A DNA stretch of 64,000 nt from Terriglobia bacterium (GTDB lineage: Bacteria; Acidobacteriota; Terriglobia; 20CM-2-55-15). The position numbers and the translations under genes were made by a program. Below the pieces are notes generated by a model, which did not search any database, was not told where the DNA came from, and worked only from the letters and a program-made list of their open reading frames with translations. Numbering within the stretch: the stretch's first letter is position 1; each line of letters starts with the position of its first letter. This document shows, one piece after another, positions 1-11,871 of this stretch. The stretch covers positions 448,001 to 512,000 of the forward strand of contig CBDAOY010000009.1 in assembly GCA_965198225.1 (NCBI GenBank), in the 5' to 3' direction.

Positions 1-263
1 CAGCACCGAGGTGTCGGTCGACAGCGAGATGGCCGGCACGGCCGGCCGGTCCGGCACGAATCGCCCCACGAACTCCGCCGCCATGTGCTGTGCGTCGGCG
101 GCGCTTCCGCCGTTTCCGAAAAAGAGAATCTTGTTCCCGCCGTTCAGGCTTGCGGCGACGGTTTCAGCAACTTCGAGAACCTGGTCGCGGTACTTCCCAA
201 AGAAGTCGGCCTGCACCCGTTGACTCTCCGCAACGAAGTGATCCAGCGCTTCACCGGGGGTTT

Positions 264-267
<4 letters not shown>
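1..267 (-). CDS. gmhA: D-sedoheptulose 7-phosphate isomerase (5' part; runs off the window edge)
   Basis: Minus-strand translation from ATG at 267 gives [11 protein letters not shown]...[25 protein letters not shown]...[12 protein letters not shown], the GmhA SIS motif; ATGA overlap with the uvrA stop. Confidence 0.9.
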
Positions 268-3068
<2,801 letters not shown>

Positions 3069-3261
3069 TCCAGTCTCACAGACAACGTTTGGAGGGGGGT
3101 GAAAACCCTAAATTCTAGCCCAAGTGCGCGGCGCGGTCAAAGCGGGGGAGAATTTGACGTTCGAGATTGTAGATTGGAAATTTCATATTGAGCTTGTTGA
3201 GCACGCGGCAGGCACAGGAGATGGCAATGCTACAGATGTAGTAATGGCGGCTTGGAAGGGA

Positions 3262-3711
3262 TCATTGGGGTGGTGGGCAGTCCTGATGGGCGGTAGTCCA
3301 GGCGGCGGCAGCCTCCCTGTCCAAGAACCTGCCTGCGCGGCCCTGCTTGCCCGCGATGTGGTCGAAAACGTGGTCGACGAAGTCGGTCAACGCTTTCCTG
3401 GCTTCGTCATCGAACTGAAACTCTTCGCCAGCGGGGCTTGCGAGGACGTTGTGGTCTTCCTGGCCGTCCTCGATCTGTTCCATCAGACCCATGGGCAGGC
3501 AATCGACGATGTCACCGGTGCGGAGCCGGCGAGCAGTGAACCCGAAACAATCCAGGTTCCCGCCGTCGGCCGCCGTGGTGTGTCGATCACGAAGCCATAC
3601 GGAAAAGGATAAGCTCGCGAGACCTCCACACGACGCTTGTACGCCAGCGTCTTTTTCGTCGTGTATGTTCTTGATCCTCGATCCCGCCTCGTTCTCGACG
3701 AACACTTTCAT
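3262..3711 (-). pseudogene. Family I inorganic pyrophosphatase-like gene with two compensating frameshifts
   Basis: N-terminus (KVFVENEAGS..KN) and C-terminal part (DGGNLDCF, DGQEDHNVLA) are PPase-like. The expected YPFPYGFV segment is in another frame between ~3656 and ~3580. Confidence 0.6.
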
Positions 3712-3720
3712 GGCGTCTCT

Positions 3721-4410
3721 TCACAACCCGGGAATCGAAGCGGTCTCGAGCGCTCCGAGCGTTGCCCCGTAGTCGGAGAAGTCCTCCAGGACGCACAGCG
3801 CCCCTTCGTCCAGCAATCGTTTGTTTCGTGGGCCGGCACCCACACCGACGAAGGGAAGCCACATCTTCGCCGCGGTCTGCACGTCCCACGCGGCATCGCC
3901 GATGTAGACGGTGCGCTCGAACGGGGTCGAGTGGGCCCGTTGCGCTTCGTCGATCACTGACTCGAGTATTGCTACGCGGGAGTAAGCTTGATCGGAGGAG
4001 GCAAATGGCACGCCATCGATCTCCACCCGTACGGTTCGCAGTTTCAACAGCGCAGACGCGCGCCAGCCCCCCGTCGCGATCGCGTACGTCCATCCCGGCT
4101 CCGCCGCGAGCCGCCGCAGCAGATCGGGTGCTCCCGGGATCGGTTGCAGGGGTCGCGTCTTGAATCGCTCCTCGAGAAGCTGTACGAATCGCGTTCGGAG
4201 CACCTCGACGTCTTTCGCGTCAGCCCGGCCCCGATGTTTTTCGAGGATCTCGGAGACAATACCCGAGTCGGTGGAGTAGCGGTAGGATGTCCAATCCGTG
4301 TCGATATCGCGGATGCCGAGCGACTCTTCGAACGCCTGGAGGAAACAGGCATTGTCGGCCGCGTTCGTATCCGTCAACGTCCCGTCGATATCGAAGATCG
4401 CGAGCTGCAT
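3721..4410 (-). CDS. HAD-superfamily hydrolase
   Basis: FDIDGTL motif I, ATGG motif II, YIGDAAWD motif IV. Confidence 0.9.
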   Translation of the reverse strand: MQLAIFDIDGTLTDTNAADNACFLQAFEESLGIRDIDTDWTSYRYSTDSGIVSEILEKHRGRADAKDVEVLRTRFVQLLEERFKTRPLQPIPGAPDLLRRLAAEPGWTYAIATGGWRASALLKLRTVRVEIDGVPFASSDQAYSRVAILESVIDEAQRAHSTPFERTVYIGDAAWDVQTAAKMWLPFVGVGAGPRNKRLLDEGALCVLEDFSDYGATLGALETASIPGL

Positions 4411-4421
4411 CGAAGGGGAGC

Positions 4422-4943
4422 TCAGCGGTATTCGACCTCGAGTATTTCCAGCACCACTCTTCCTCGGGGCAGGCCGAGCGTCGCCTCGTCCCCGACCTTT
4501 TTGGACAGCAGCGCCTTGGCGATAGGGGAGATCCAGCTGATCCTGCCTCTGTCGGGTTCGGCCTCGTCGACACCACAGATGGTGTAGGTACTCTCGTTGC
4601 CTTCTTCGTCTGCGACCCTCACCCTTGCCCCGAATGCTACAGCCCCGGAGTCCTGCGTGGCGGGATCGACGATTTCGAATCTGCCGATGCGGTCACTCAG
4701 GATGCGGATCTGCTGGTCGATCTGCCGCAGCTTTTTCTTCGCTGAAGCATCCGCTTCGGACCCGGCCGCCTCCAGCGCCGGGGGCCGCTCGTCGCTCACA
4801 AGCCGCCTCAAGCGTTCCCTCAGACGTGTGGCTCCTGGCGGCGTGATGTAGTTCTTCACGCCGGGGGGCAGGACGTCGACAGGTTCCGGCAATGGATCGT
4901 GAACGTCTTCGTTGTCGGATTCCTTCGTGAACGCTCGTGCCAT
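4422..4943 (-). CDS. GreA/GreB family transcription elongation factor
   Basis: MARAFTKE start, NYITPPG, VAFGARV, GVDEAEPDRGRISWISPIAKALL C-terminal domain. Confidence 0.85.
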   Translation of the reverse strand: MARAFTKESDNEDVHDPLPEPVDVLPPGVKNYITPPGATRLRERLRRLVSDERPPALEAAGSEADASAKKKLRQIDQQIRILSDRIGRFEIVDPATQDSGAVAFGARVRVADEEGNESTYTICGVDEAEPDRGRISWISPIAKALLSKKVGDEATLGLPRGRVVLEILEVEYR

Positions 4944-4995
4944 CTCCTTACTCTAAACCGTTTGTGCTTTCTCGGGGGACCAATCGTATTCCATG

Positions 4996-5952
4996 CTAGT
5001 TCAGGTCTCCGCTCAACCAGTGAAGAACGTTCAGGACGAACTGGGGGTTCTGCTCCGCCATGGGTGCATTCATGCCCATAGGAGTCTGCTGAGCTCCGGC
5101 GACTTGGGCCGTGAACATGGCCGCTTCGCCGAAGAACGCTGCCCGGCCGGCGCCCGCCTCCAAGGCCGCGCCCTGGTACCATCCATCGACCGATACCCGC
5201 CGCGTTCCCTCGTCGAACTGCCACGCGAACCGGGGCATCAACGAGACGAACTCCGGGGAGAAGACCATGAGCGGGTATATCGCCGCGTCGGACTGAAAGG
5301 CCTGCCCTGTAAACGTTCGGATTGAGTCCACGCGTTCGCCGGGATCACGACCGTTCGTGATGGGATGGTCGGCCAGGGTTCCGGTCTGCCGGGCGAACAG
5401 CGTCGGTTTCGCGCCCGCCGTCGACCAATCCGAGGTGGGCGCGTCACCGAGTTCGAACGCGAACCCGTCGTTGAACTGGACGTCGAACGCCGCTGCCAGC
5501 TTCAACGCGGCTCCGGCGACCGGCATGTGGTCGGCGATCAACAGCAGCGAGCCGCCCGCGTCGACCCAGTTCTTCAGGGCCGCGATCTCGCCTTCGCTGA
5601 ACGCCGACGGTGTCGGATCGGGATAGGTATTCCAGGCCGCGTCGCTCGGCAGGGGGTTGGAGATCACAAAGATCCGGCAAGTTTCCAGCAGCTCCTTGCT
5701 GAGTTCCAGGTCGGAGCCCTCGACGCGGTACCCGTCCGCACGCAGCAGCTCCGCAAAAGCCTGGAATCGGCCGCCTATCGTATGAAAGTTGAAATGGGCC
5801 TCGTCCACGAGTACGAGCGGCCCATAGCCGTCCGGGTAAGCTGGTTCCTCGATCGGGAATTCGAACGCCGTGTCCGCCAGCTGCTGCGCCGATCCGCTCC
5901 ATCCGGCAACGAATGCGGCGACGAGAGCGAACATCGTCAGTTTCTTCAACAT
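4996..5952 (-). CDS. Secreted protein with a DUF4350/GATase-like domain
   Basis: Signal peptide; VDEAHFNFHT..F..LLRADGY and WVDAGGSLLLIADH motifs. Confidence 0.6.
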   Translation of the reverse strand: MLKKLTMFALVAAFVAGWSGSAQQLADTAFEFPIEEPAYPDGYGPLVLVDEAHFNFHTIGGRFQAFAELLRADGYRVEGSDLELSKELLETCRIFVISNPLPSDAAWNTYPDPTPSAFSEGEIAALKNWVDAGGSLLLIADHMPVAGAALKLAAAFDVQFNDGFAFELGDAPTSDWSTAGAKPTLFARQTGTLADHPITNGRDPGERVDSIRTFTGQAFQSDAAIYPLMVFSPEFVSLMPRFAWQFDEGTRRVSVDGWYQGAALEAGAGRAAFFGEAAMFTAQVAGAQQTPMGMNAPMAEQNPQFVLNVLHWLSGDLN

Positions 5953-6033
5953 GTTTGTCTCCTGGAAGCTTTACTATACCTTCATTCTTGAAGTGGCTAC
6001 AGCCACTCGTCAGCCCCTCAGAGGAGGTTCAGC

Positions 6034-6858
6034 ATGGCATCGAGGATTCCGTTTCTGTTGATCTTAGCGACGGCGGTCGCCGGTTCCGCCGTGGCCCAGA
6101 CCCCACCGACGACGCGGGAGATGACGCTGCTCGGATGGCAGGAGTTTGCCGAGCTGGTGCCCGCGCAAGTCGAGACCGTTCTGGTACCGACCGGGACGCT
6201 GGAAGCGCATGGCGTACTGCCTAACGGATCGGACAACCTGGCGCCCGAGGCGATGGCGCGGGACCTCGCCGAGCGGCTGAACGCCTTGATTTCGCCGACG
6301 CTCAACTATGGTGTCACCGGAAGCCTGGACGCGTTTCCCGGGACGTTTTCGATAGGGGCCGAGTCCTACGAAGCCTTTGTCACGGACATCATGACCGGTC
6401 TCGCTCGCAACGGCTTCAAGAACCTGGTCATCCTGAACGGTCACGGCGGAGGCCAGACAGCGATCCTTCAGCGAGTTGCCCAGGAAGTTGGAAGAGCACA
6501 ACGCGTCAGGACATTGGTGACGAACTGGTGGTCGATCGCGAGCGAAATCACCCTCGAGGTGTTAGGTGAAGACGGCGGCCACGCCGGCAATAACGAGAGC
6601 GCCTACGTGCAGGCGATCGTGCCGGACAACGTGCATCCCGAACGGTACTCCCCCGACATGGCGACCGCTGGTTCGTCGCCGGCAGGATGGAGCGCTTATC
6701 CTTTTCCGTCCTCGATCATTCTCTACCAGCCCGGTCAGGGATATCCGGACTTCGACGCGGACAAGGCGGCGGTCTACTTCCGGAGGGTTAACGACCGAAT
6801 GGCCGAGTTGATCGAATCGACGATCGAGAAGTGGGATCGGGCGGGGATTTTCCGGTAG
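6034..6858 (+). CDS. Creatininase family protein (exported)
   Basis: PTGTLEAHG..P.GSD, LNGHGGG and GHAGNNES motifs; N-terminal signal peptide. Confidence 0.85.
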   Translation: MASRIPFLLILATAVAGSAVAQTPPTTREMTLLGWQEFAELVPAQVETVLVPTGTLEAHGVLPNGSDNLAPEAMARDLAERLNALISPTLNYGVTGSLDAFPGTFSIGAESYEAFVTDIMTGLARNGFKNLVILNGHGGGQTAILQRVAQEVGRAQRVRTLVTNWWSIASEITLEVLGEDGGHAGNNESAYVQAIVPDNVHPERYSPDMATAGSSPAGWSAYPFPSSIILYQPGQGYPDFDADKAAVYFRRVNDRMAELIESTIEKWDRAGIFR

Positions 6859-7076
6859 GTGTGGGTGCGGTCTATCAAGCTGTGAACGATCCTCAAGTGC
6901 AGGTGCGCTCTATGAGCGCACAAATGCCCGCGGGACCACAAGTTGTGCGGTCATAGACCGCACCTACACGTGCCAAGCCCCGCCACCCGATTTTCCGTTC
7001 CCATGATTCGTTCACAGCTTGATAGACGCACATTCTTCGAGCCGAAACGACGTGCGCTCACAGAGCGCACCTACAC
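6859..7076. repeat. Nested REP doublets and a miniature inverted-repeat element
   Basis: GTAG-type REP palindromes (GTGCGGTCTATGACCGCAC / GTGCGCTCTATGAGCGCAC); 18-bp inverted repeat CTATCAAGCTGTGAACGA at 6872-6889 and 7008-7025. Confidence 0.75.
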
Positions 7077-7131
7077 CGGACTTCCGTGAGATCTAACACG
7101 ATTGAGATCTATCGGGGAAGGTTTGATTGTG

Positions 7132-8754
7132 GGTTATGTTTCAGAGTTTCTGCAAAAAGGTCCTGAAATAGGAAAGGGCCAGGGTATCTCCGAAAAGTTG
7201 GTAACGAATCAACTTTGAAACGAAGGAGATGAACCGATGGCCCGACCTCAGATTAAGCGAAAGGGAGTGGATTGGAAAGAACTGTTAGGAGAGGAAAAGG
7301 ATTTGCTGAAAAGCGTCGTACAGGAGGTGGTTCAAGAGATTCTCGAGGCGGAGATGGACCAGGTCGTGGGCGCGGTCAAGAGTGAACGAACAGGGGGTCG
7401 CACCGGATATCGGAGTGGCTATTACGGACGGGACCTGGTCACACGGGTGGGCAAGCTGGAGTTGCGCGTGCCGCAGGACCGGGCCGGCCGGTTCAGTACG
7501 GAGGTGTTTGAACGCTACCAACGCAGCGAGAAAGCCTTGGTGGCCAGCTTGGCCGAGATGTACGTGCAGGGCGTGTCAACGCGCAAGGTGAAAGCCATCA
7601 CCGAAGAACTATGCGGACATTCGTTTTCGGCCAGCACGATCAGCCGGATTAATCAGACTCTGGACAAGGAGCTGAAAAAGTTTGCAACGCGACGATTGGA
7701 GGAAGAATACCCGTACCTAATTTTGGATGCGCGCTACGAGAAGGTGCGCGAAGACGGGGTCATCCGGAGCCGGGCGGTGCTGGTCGCGATCGGAATCAAC
7801 TGGGACGGCCGGCGCGGTGTGTTGGCGGTGGAGCTGGCGGGACGGGAAAGCACGACCAGTTGGCGGCAACTGCTGCTGAGTTTAAAACAACGCGGCCTGT
7901 GCGGGGTGGAGTTCGTGGTGACCGACGATCATCCGGGGTTGAAGAAAGCCATCGCGGAAGTCCTGACCGAAGCGATCTGGCAGCGCTGCTACGTGCACTT
8001 TCTCCGAAACGCATTGGATTATCTGCCGCGCAAAGGCGATGACGATTGCCTCCAGGAACTGCGTTGGCTCTACGATCGGCGGAACCTCCAGGAAGCGCGG
8101 CAGGACCTCGCGGCGTGGTTGAGCAAGTGGGGGCAGAAATATCCCAAACTCTGCGACTGGGTCGAAGACAACATCGACGAGACGCTGAGCTTCTACACGC
8201 TGCCGCTTCAGCATCACAAGCACATGAAATCCACCAATATGCTGGAACGGCTCAACGAAGAGATCAAGCGGCGAACGCGTGTGGTGCGGATATTCCCCAA
8301 CGCGGCCAGCTGTCTGCGTTTGATTCGGGCACTGACCACCGAGATGCACGAGAACTGGATCGAAGCGATCCGTTATTTGAACATGGATCTGTTGAAGGAA
8401 CACAAGAAGGACTGGCACCGTCAGACGCCTGCCGCGTGAACGCGTCAAAACGGACCGACCCAAGGATCGGCTCGGAAGCCGATCGTCGATTACAGCGCAT
8501 CCTGGAGCGAGGAATCTCTGTGGAAAACTTTCAAAGGGCGAAAGAAAGAGAACCAAAAAAGAAAGAAAGGCAGAGGCCTGATGGAAATGACGCCTCAGAG
8601 GAAATCCGCAACAAGACGCGGATTCCCTCTGAGGCTTGGAAAAGCTTCGCCAAGAACGTTCAGCTTTCCCACATTCCCACAGGCCCGACGGCGATCAACA
8701 CTCAAGAACTGACTTTTTCGGAAATACTTTTTGCAGAACTTGACGCACACAACT
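7132..8754 (+). mobile_element. Complete IS256-family insertion sequence (1623 bp)
   Basis: Imperfect 28-bp TIRs GGTTATGTTTCAGAGTTTCTGCAAAAAG and (rc) AGTTGTGTGCGTCAAGTTCTGCAAAAAG; 8-bp TSD TGATTGTG at 7124-7131 and 8755-8762. Confidence 0.92.
7237..8439 (+). CDS. IS256-family (Mutator-like) DDE transposase
   Basis: 400 aa; LRVPQDR, MYVQGVSTRKV, LDARYEKVR, TDDHPGL, WQRCYVHF, STNMLERLNEEIKRR. Confidence 0.97.
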   Translation: MARPQIKRKGVDWKELLGEEKDLLKSVVQEVVQEILEAEMDQVVGAVKSERTGGRTGYRSGYYGRDLVTRVGKLELRVPQDRAGRFSTEVFERYQRSEKALVASLAEMYVQGVSTRKVKAITEELCGHSFSASTISRINQTLDKELKKFATRRLEEEYPYLILDARYEKVREDGVIRSRAVLVAIGINWDGRRGVLAVELAGRESTTSWRQLLLSLKQRGLCGVEFVVTDDHPGLKKAIAEVLTEAIWQRCYVHFLRNALDYLPRKGDDDCLQELRWLYDRRNLQEARQDLAAWLSKWGQKYPKLCDWVEDNIDETLSFYTLPLQHHKHMKSTNMLERLNEEIKRRTRVVRIFPNAASCLRLIRALTTEMHENWIEAIRYLNMDLLKEHKKDWHRQTPAA

Positions 8755-8853
8755 TGATTGTGCTCGATCCCGACGGAGCTGGGTACCTTTCGGGGATGAC
8801 GACAGCCCGTGCGGACGAGGTGACTCCAGTACGAAACAATTGAATCTCTCGGA

Positions 8854-8875
8854 CCGGCCCCAAGCCGGGCCTTTT
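8854..8875 (+). terminator. Terminator-like hairpin immediately upstream of the group II intron insertion site
   Basis: GGCCC(8856-60)...GGGCC(8867-71) followed by TTTT, 3 nt before the intron's GTGCG; class C introns typically insert after such hairpins. Confidence 0.6.
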
Positions 8876-9314
8876 CAGGTGCGCCGGGCATGGCACGCCA
8901 ACCGAAGGTAGGAAAGCCACCGTGATCGGACGGAAGGCGAACGCCAACAAGGCAAGGGCAGTCTCAGAGATGGGATGTCCGGAGGAAGCATGAGGCAGAA
9001 CTCGTGTACGTAGCGAACAGCGAACCGGCTAGATGGGTGCCCGGAGGGGGGCGAGCAGGCTTGAGAGAGCGAGCCCCGATATTCGATCGGAGTTACCGAA
9101 GGGAGCTGAAGCCGGACGGGATACGAGGAGGGGGCGTGTCTTACCCCGGGAAGCCCTACTGCTTCGATGTCGGGACCCACAGCGGGTGCGCCCGCCCAGG
9201 CGCTCAAAGGACATTGGGTTATCCAGTCCGCCGTGACCTGACGTTCGAAAACCGAGCCGCGAACGGCGATTCCGTAGCGGGCAGGGAGCAGAGGGTGGCA
9301 GATCCATGGATAGT

Positions 9315-10236
9315 GCGTGCCTGGCAGCACGCGTTTCCGGCGGGTTAAAGTCCCGCTCGGCCCGAGGCCACGGGTCGATATCCAACAAGTGGGGGTAATG
9401 CCTCACTGGCCGAAGTGTAGACAGGTAGTGCAGATGCCTAAACGGGCACGAAGGCGAAAGCCGGATACGGCCAAGGCAAAGCTGGAGCCAGCTACGGAAA
9501 CTTTGGAGGGCAGGGCGCCCACCGCGAGGTGGGGTCTGAAGGGCATGAGGAGAACCACCGGGTCGTAATCGACGGGAGCCATCCCGAGGATGAACCGGTC
9601 GGCCAAAGATGGGGAATGGTCGAGCCCGCACTATTGGGGCGAAGGCGCATTGGTTCCACCCCATCGCACCAAGGTGTGTGCGGGCGACACGGTGGAGAAG
9701 AGACGCGAGTGACCCAGGGAGGCCTGGTATCGTCCGAGCGGAAGGTAAGGTCGAGATGATGTGGCACCCGCAGACGAAAGGGCGGGCAACCGAGAAGACA
9801 AACATCGACCTAGAGCCCTGCGCGGTAGGTGCGGATATAAGCGAGAGCGAAATTCCGGCCGACGCGGTGTCAGGAATCGGATCGGGGAATAGTACTCAGG
9901 AACGAGACGGCAAACATAAGGTCTCGGATCGTTGCTTCGAGCAGCGGCGCTGGCGGGTCCAAAAGGCCCGTTGGAGGGGGAAGTCCCCGTACTCAGTCGT
10001 GAATGTGCGAGCGATGGGAAACGCGGAGATATCGTGGAATTGGATAGTTCCCTTAGCGAAAGACCCAAACGCGGTACGAACGAAGCCGCCACCTGCCGCC
10101 ACACAGCGAATTCCGAACGAGGAGCAACTGAGGAAAGCGGCTTGCGGGAAAACCGCACGAGCCGTTTGATTGAGCGGACGGTGGAAGGGCAACTGAGGAG
10201 ATTGAGCCCGACCAGCCCGACCACTTTCGACTCTAC
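9315..10236 (+). ncRNA. ORF-less group II intron nested in domain III of the outer intron
   Basis: 5' GCGTG then CCTGG (9320-24) pairing with CCAGG (9714-18); DIII CGGGGAATAGTAC...GAAGTCCCCG; DV AAAGCGGCTTGCGGGAAAACCGCACGAGCCGTTTG (10134-10168); 3' end TTCGACTCTAC. Alternative 5' end is GTGCG at 9313. Confidence 0.85.
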
Positions 10237-10254
10237 ACTGAGGACTCAGGGCCG

Positions 10255-11871
10255 ATGAAGCCTGGCAACAGTGCGGAGGATAAAACCCTGACGACCGGGA
10301 AACAAAGAGAGGAACGGGCGCCCTGGCAGCAGCCGGAGCAACTGAATCTCTGGGACAACCCGGACGGCCGGAGATCGCCAACCGGCGGTGGGAAGTCATG
10401 GACGAGAGGCGAGAGTGACACCGACAGGGAGTCGACTCAGTGGATGGAGCAAGGGGCCCAGAAAGCCATCGGGGGCGGCGAGTTCCACATGGGCGCCGAG
10501 GCGGAAAACCGCCGCGGTCATCAGCCGTCCGGGTCCGGCGACAACGCCAACCACCCCCGGCCATCCCTGGCGGAAGACAGTCACGGAGGAAGTGAACTGA
10601 AAGTTGTTGGAGTGATGAAACGGGTCTACGACCGGAGGCGACTGGTTCAGGCGTGGCAGCAGGTACGGGCCAACGCCGGAGCCGCCGGGGTGGACAACAT
10701 GACGGTCGAAGCCTTCGGGGAAAGAGAGGATGAATTTCTCTCACTCATCCACGACAAGCTGAAAGCCGGGACATACCGTTTCAAGCCCGCAAAGAGGGTT
10801 CTGATCCCCAAGCCGGGCAGTTCGAAGAAGAGGAAGCTGGGTATTCCCGTCGTGATGGACCGTGTGGTCAGTCAGAGTCTCCATGCTGTGTTGACGGAAA
10901 TCTTTGAGCCGGACTTCAGCGGGTCCAACTTCGGGTTTCGGCGTGGTAAGAGCCAACACCAGGCCATTCGCCATGTGCGGGAAGCCGTGATGGAGGGCTA
11001 TGAGTGGTGTGCATCCCTCGACATCCAGAGCTTCTTCGATGAGATCCCCCACAACCTGATCCTCAAGCTCATTCGACAGAGAATCCGAGATGAGCGGCTC
11101 GTTACGTTGATCGTGCGGGTGCTGAAGGCAGGAGTTGCTGTGGATGGTGTTATCGAGAAGACGGATCAGGGATGTCCCCAAGGCTCCCCGGTCTCGCCGG
11201 TCCTGTCCAACATCGTGCTCAATGAGCTCGACCAGGAACTGGAACGGCGGGGACACCGGTTCAGCCGGTGGGCCGATGATTTCGTCATCCTGTTGCGAAC
11301 GGAGCGGGCGGCTCTACGGGTGATGGAAGGTATCACACGATTCCTCGAAGAGGAACTCGGACTGCGCGTCAACCGGGACAAGAGCCGCGTGGCCCCGATC
11401 AAGGATGTGGAGTTCTTAGGATTCCAGATCCTGCGGGGTCAGATTCGGGTGAGTACGCGGGCGCGGAAGCGCTTCGTGCAAGAGGTCCGATCCCGGACAC
11501 GGCGGAATAACGGGCTATCGATGCACCAGGTCATTGGCGAACTCAACGAATATCTTGAAGGATGGGTCGGGTATTACCGCATCCAGGAGTTCCGGAAGAT
11601 CTTCCAAGAGCTAGATGGATTCATCCGTAGTCGGCTCCGGTCCATGCAGTTGAAGAAGTGGAAGAAGCCGGCGAAGTTCCAGCGGATGATGATTCGCGCC
11701 GGCGCCCCGGTGTATTACGCCCGCCGAACCTGGGTGCGGATGAAGGCGTGGCAATCCGTCATGCGGCGGGAGGTCCGTTTCGTCCTGAGCCTGGAGTGGT
11801 TTCGGAGCCAGGGACTCGTCTTTCTCCACGACTTCGCGCAGCGGAATCTCAAACTGGAGTTTGCTCGCTGA
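10255..11871 (+). CDS. Group II intron reverse transcriptase/maturase without an endonuclease domain (true start probably downstream of 10255)
   Basis: AWQQVRANAGAAGVD, IPKPG..RKLGIP..DR, NFGFR, GCPQGSPVSPVLSNIVL, RWADD, LRVNRDKS; X domain GWVGYY; no HNH. Confidence 0.95.
   Translation: MKPGNSAEDKTLTTGKQREERAPWQQPEQLNLWDNPDGRRSPTGGGKSWTRGESDTDRESTQWMEQGAQKAIGGGEFHMGAEAENRRGHQPSGSGDNANHPRPSLAEDSHGGSELKVVGVMKRVYDRRRLVQAWQQVRANAGAAGVDNMTVEAFGEREDEFLSLIHDKLKAGTYRFKPAKRVLIPKPGSSKKRKLGIPVVMDRVVSQSLHAVLTEIFEPDFSGSNFGFRRGKSQHQAIRHVREAVMEGYEWCASLDIQSFFDEIPHNLILKLIRQRIRDERLVTLIVRVLKAGVAVDGVIEKTDQGCPQGSPVSPVLSNIVLNELDQELERRGHRFSRWADDFVILLRTERAALRVMEGITRFLEEELGLRVNRDKSRVAPIKDVEFLGFQILRGQIRVSTRARKRFVQEVRSRTRRNNGLSMHQVIGELNEYLEGWVGYYRIQEFRKIFQELDGFIRSRLRSMQLKKWKKPAKFQRMMIRAGAPVYYARRTWVRMKAWQSVMRREVRFVLSLEWFRSQGLVFLHDFAQRNLKLEFAR

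Noticed and set aside
8046-8843. 265-aa ORF crossing the IS256 right end
   Set aside because: Alternative frame of the transposase running through the TIR; no motif support.
9313-9317. Canonical GTGCG at 9313 as the inner intron 5' end
   Set aside because: Not excluded, but 9315 puts the domain I stem at position 6, gives a 6-bp EBS1-IBS1 pairing and restores ATAGTAC in the host intron.
8875-10744. ORFs overlapping the intron RNA (for example 9029-9805 minus, 9609-10169 plus, 9896-10744 minus)
   Set aside because: No recognisable protein motifs; they overlap clear group II ribozyme domains and are best explained as chance ORFs in GC-rich DNA.
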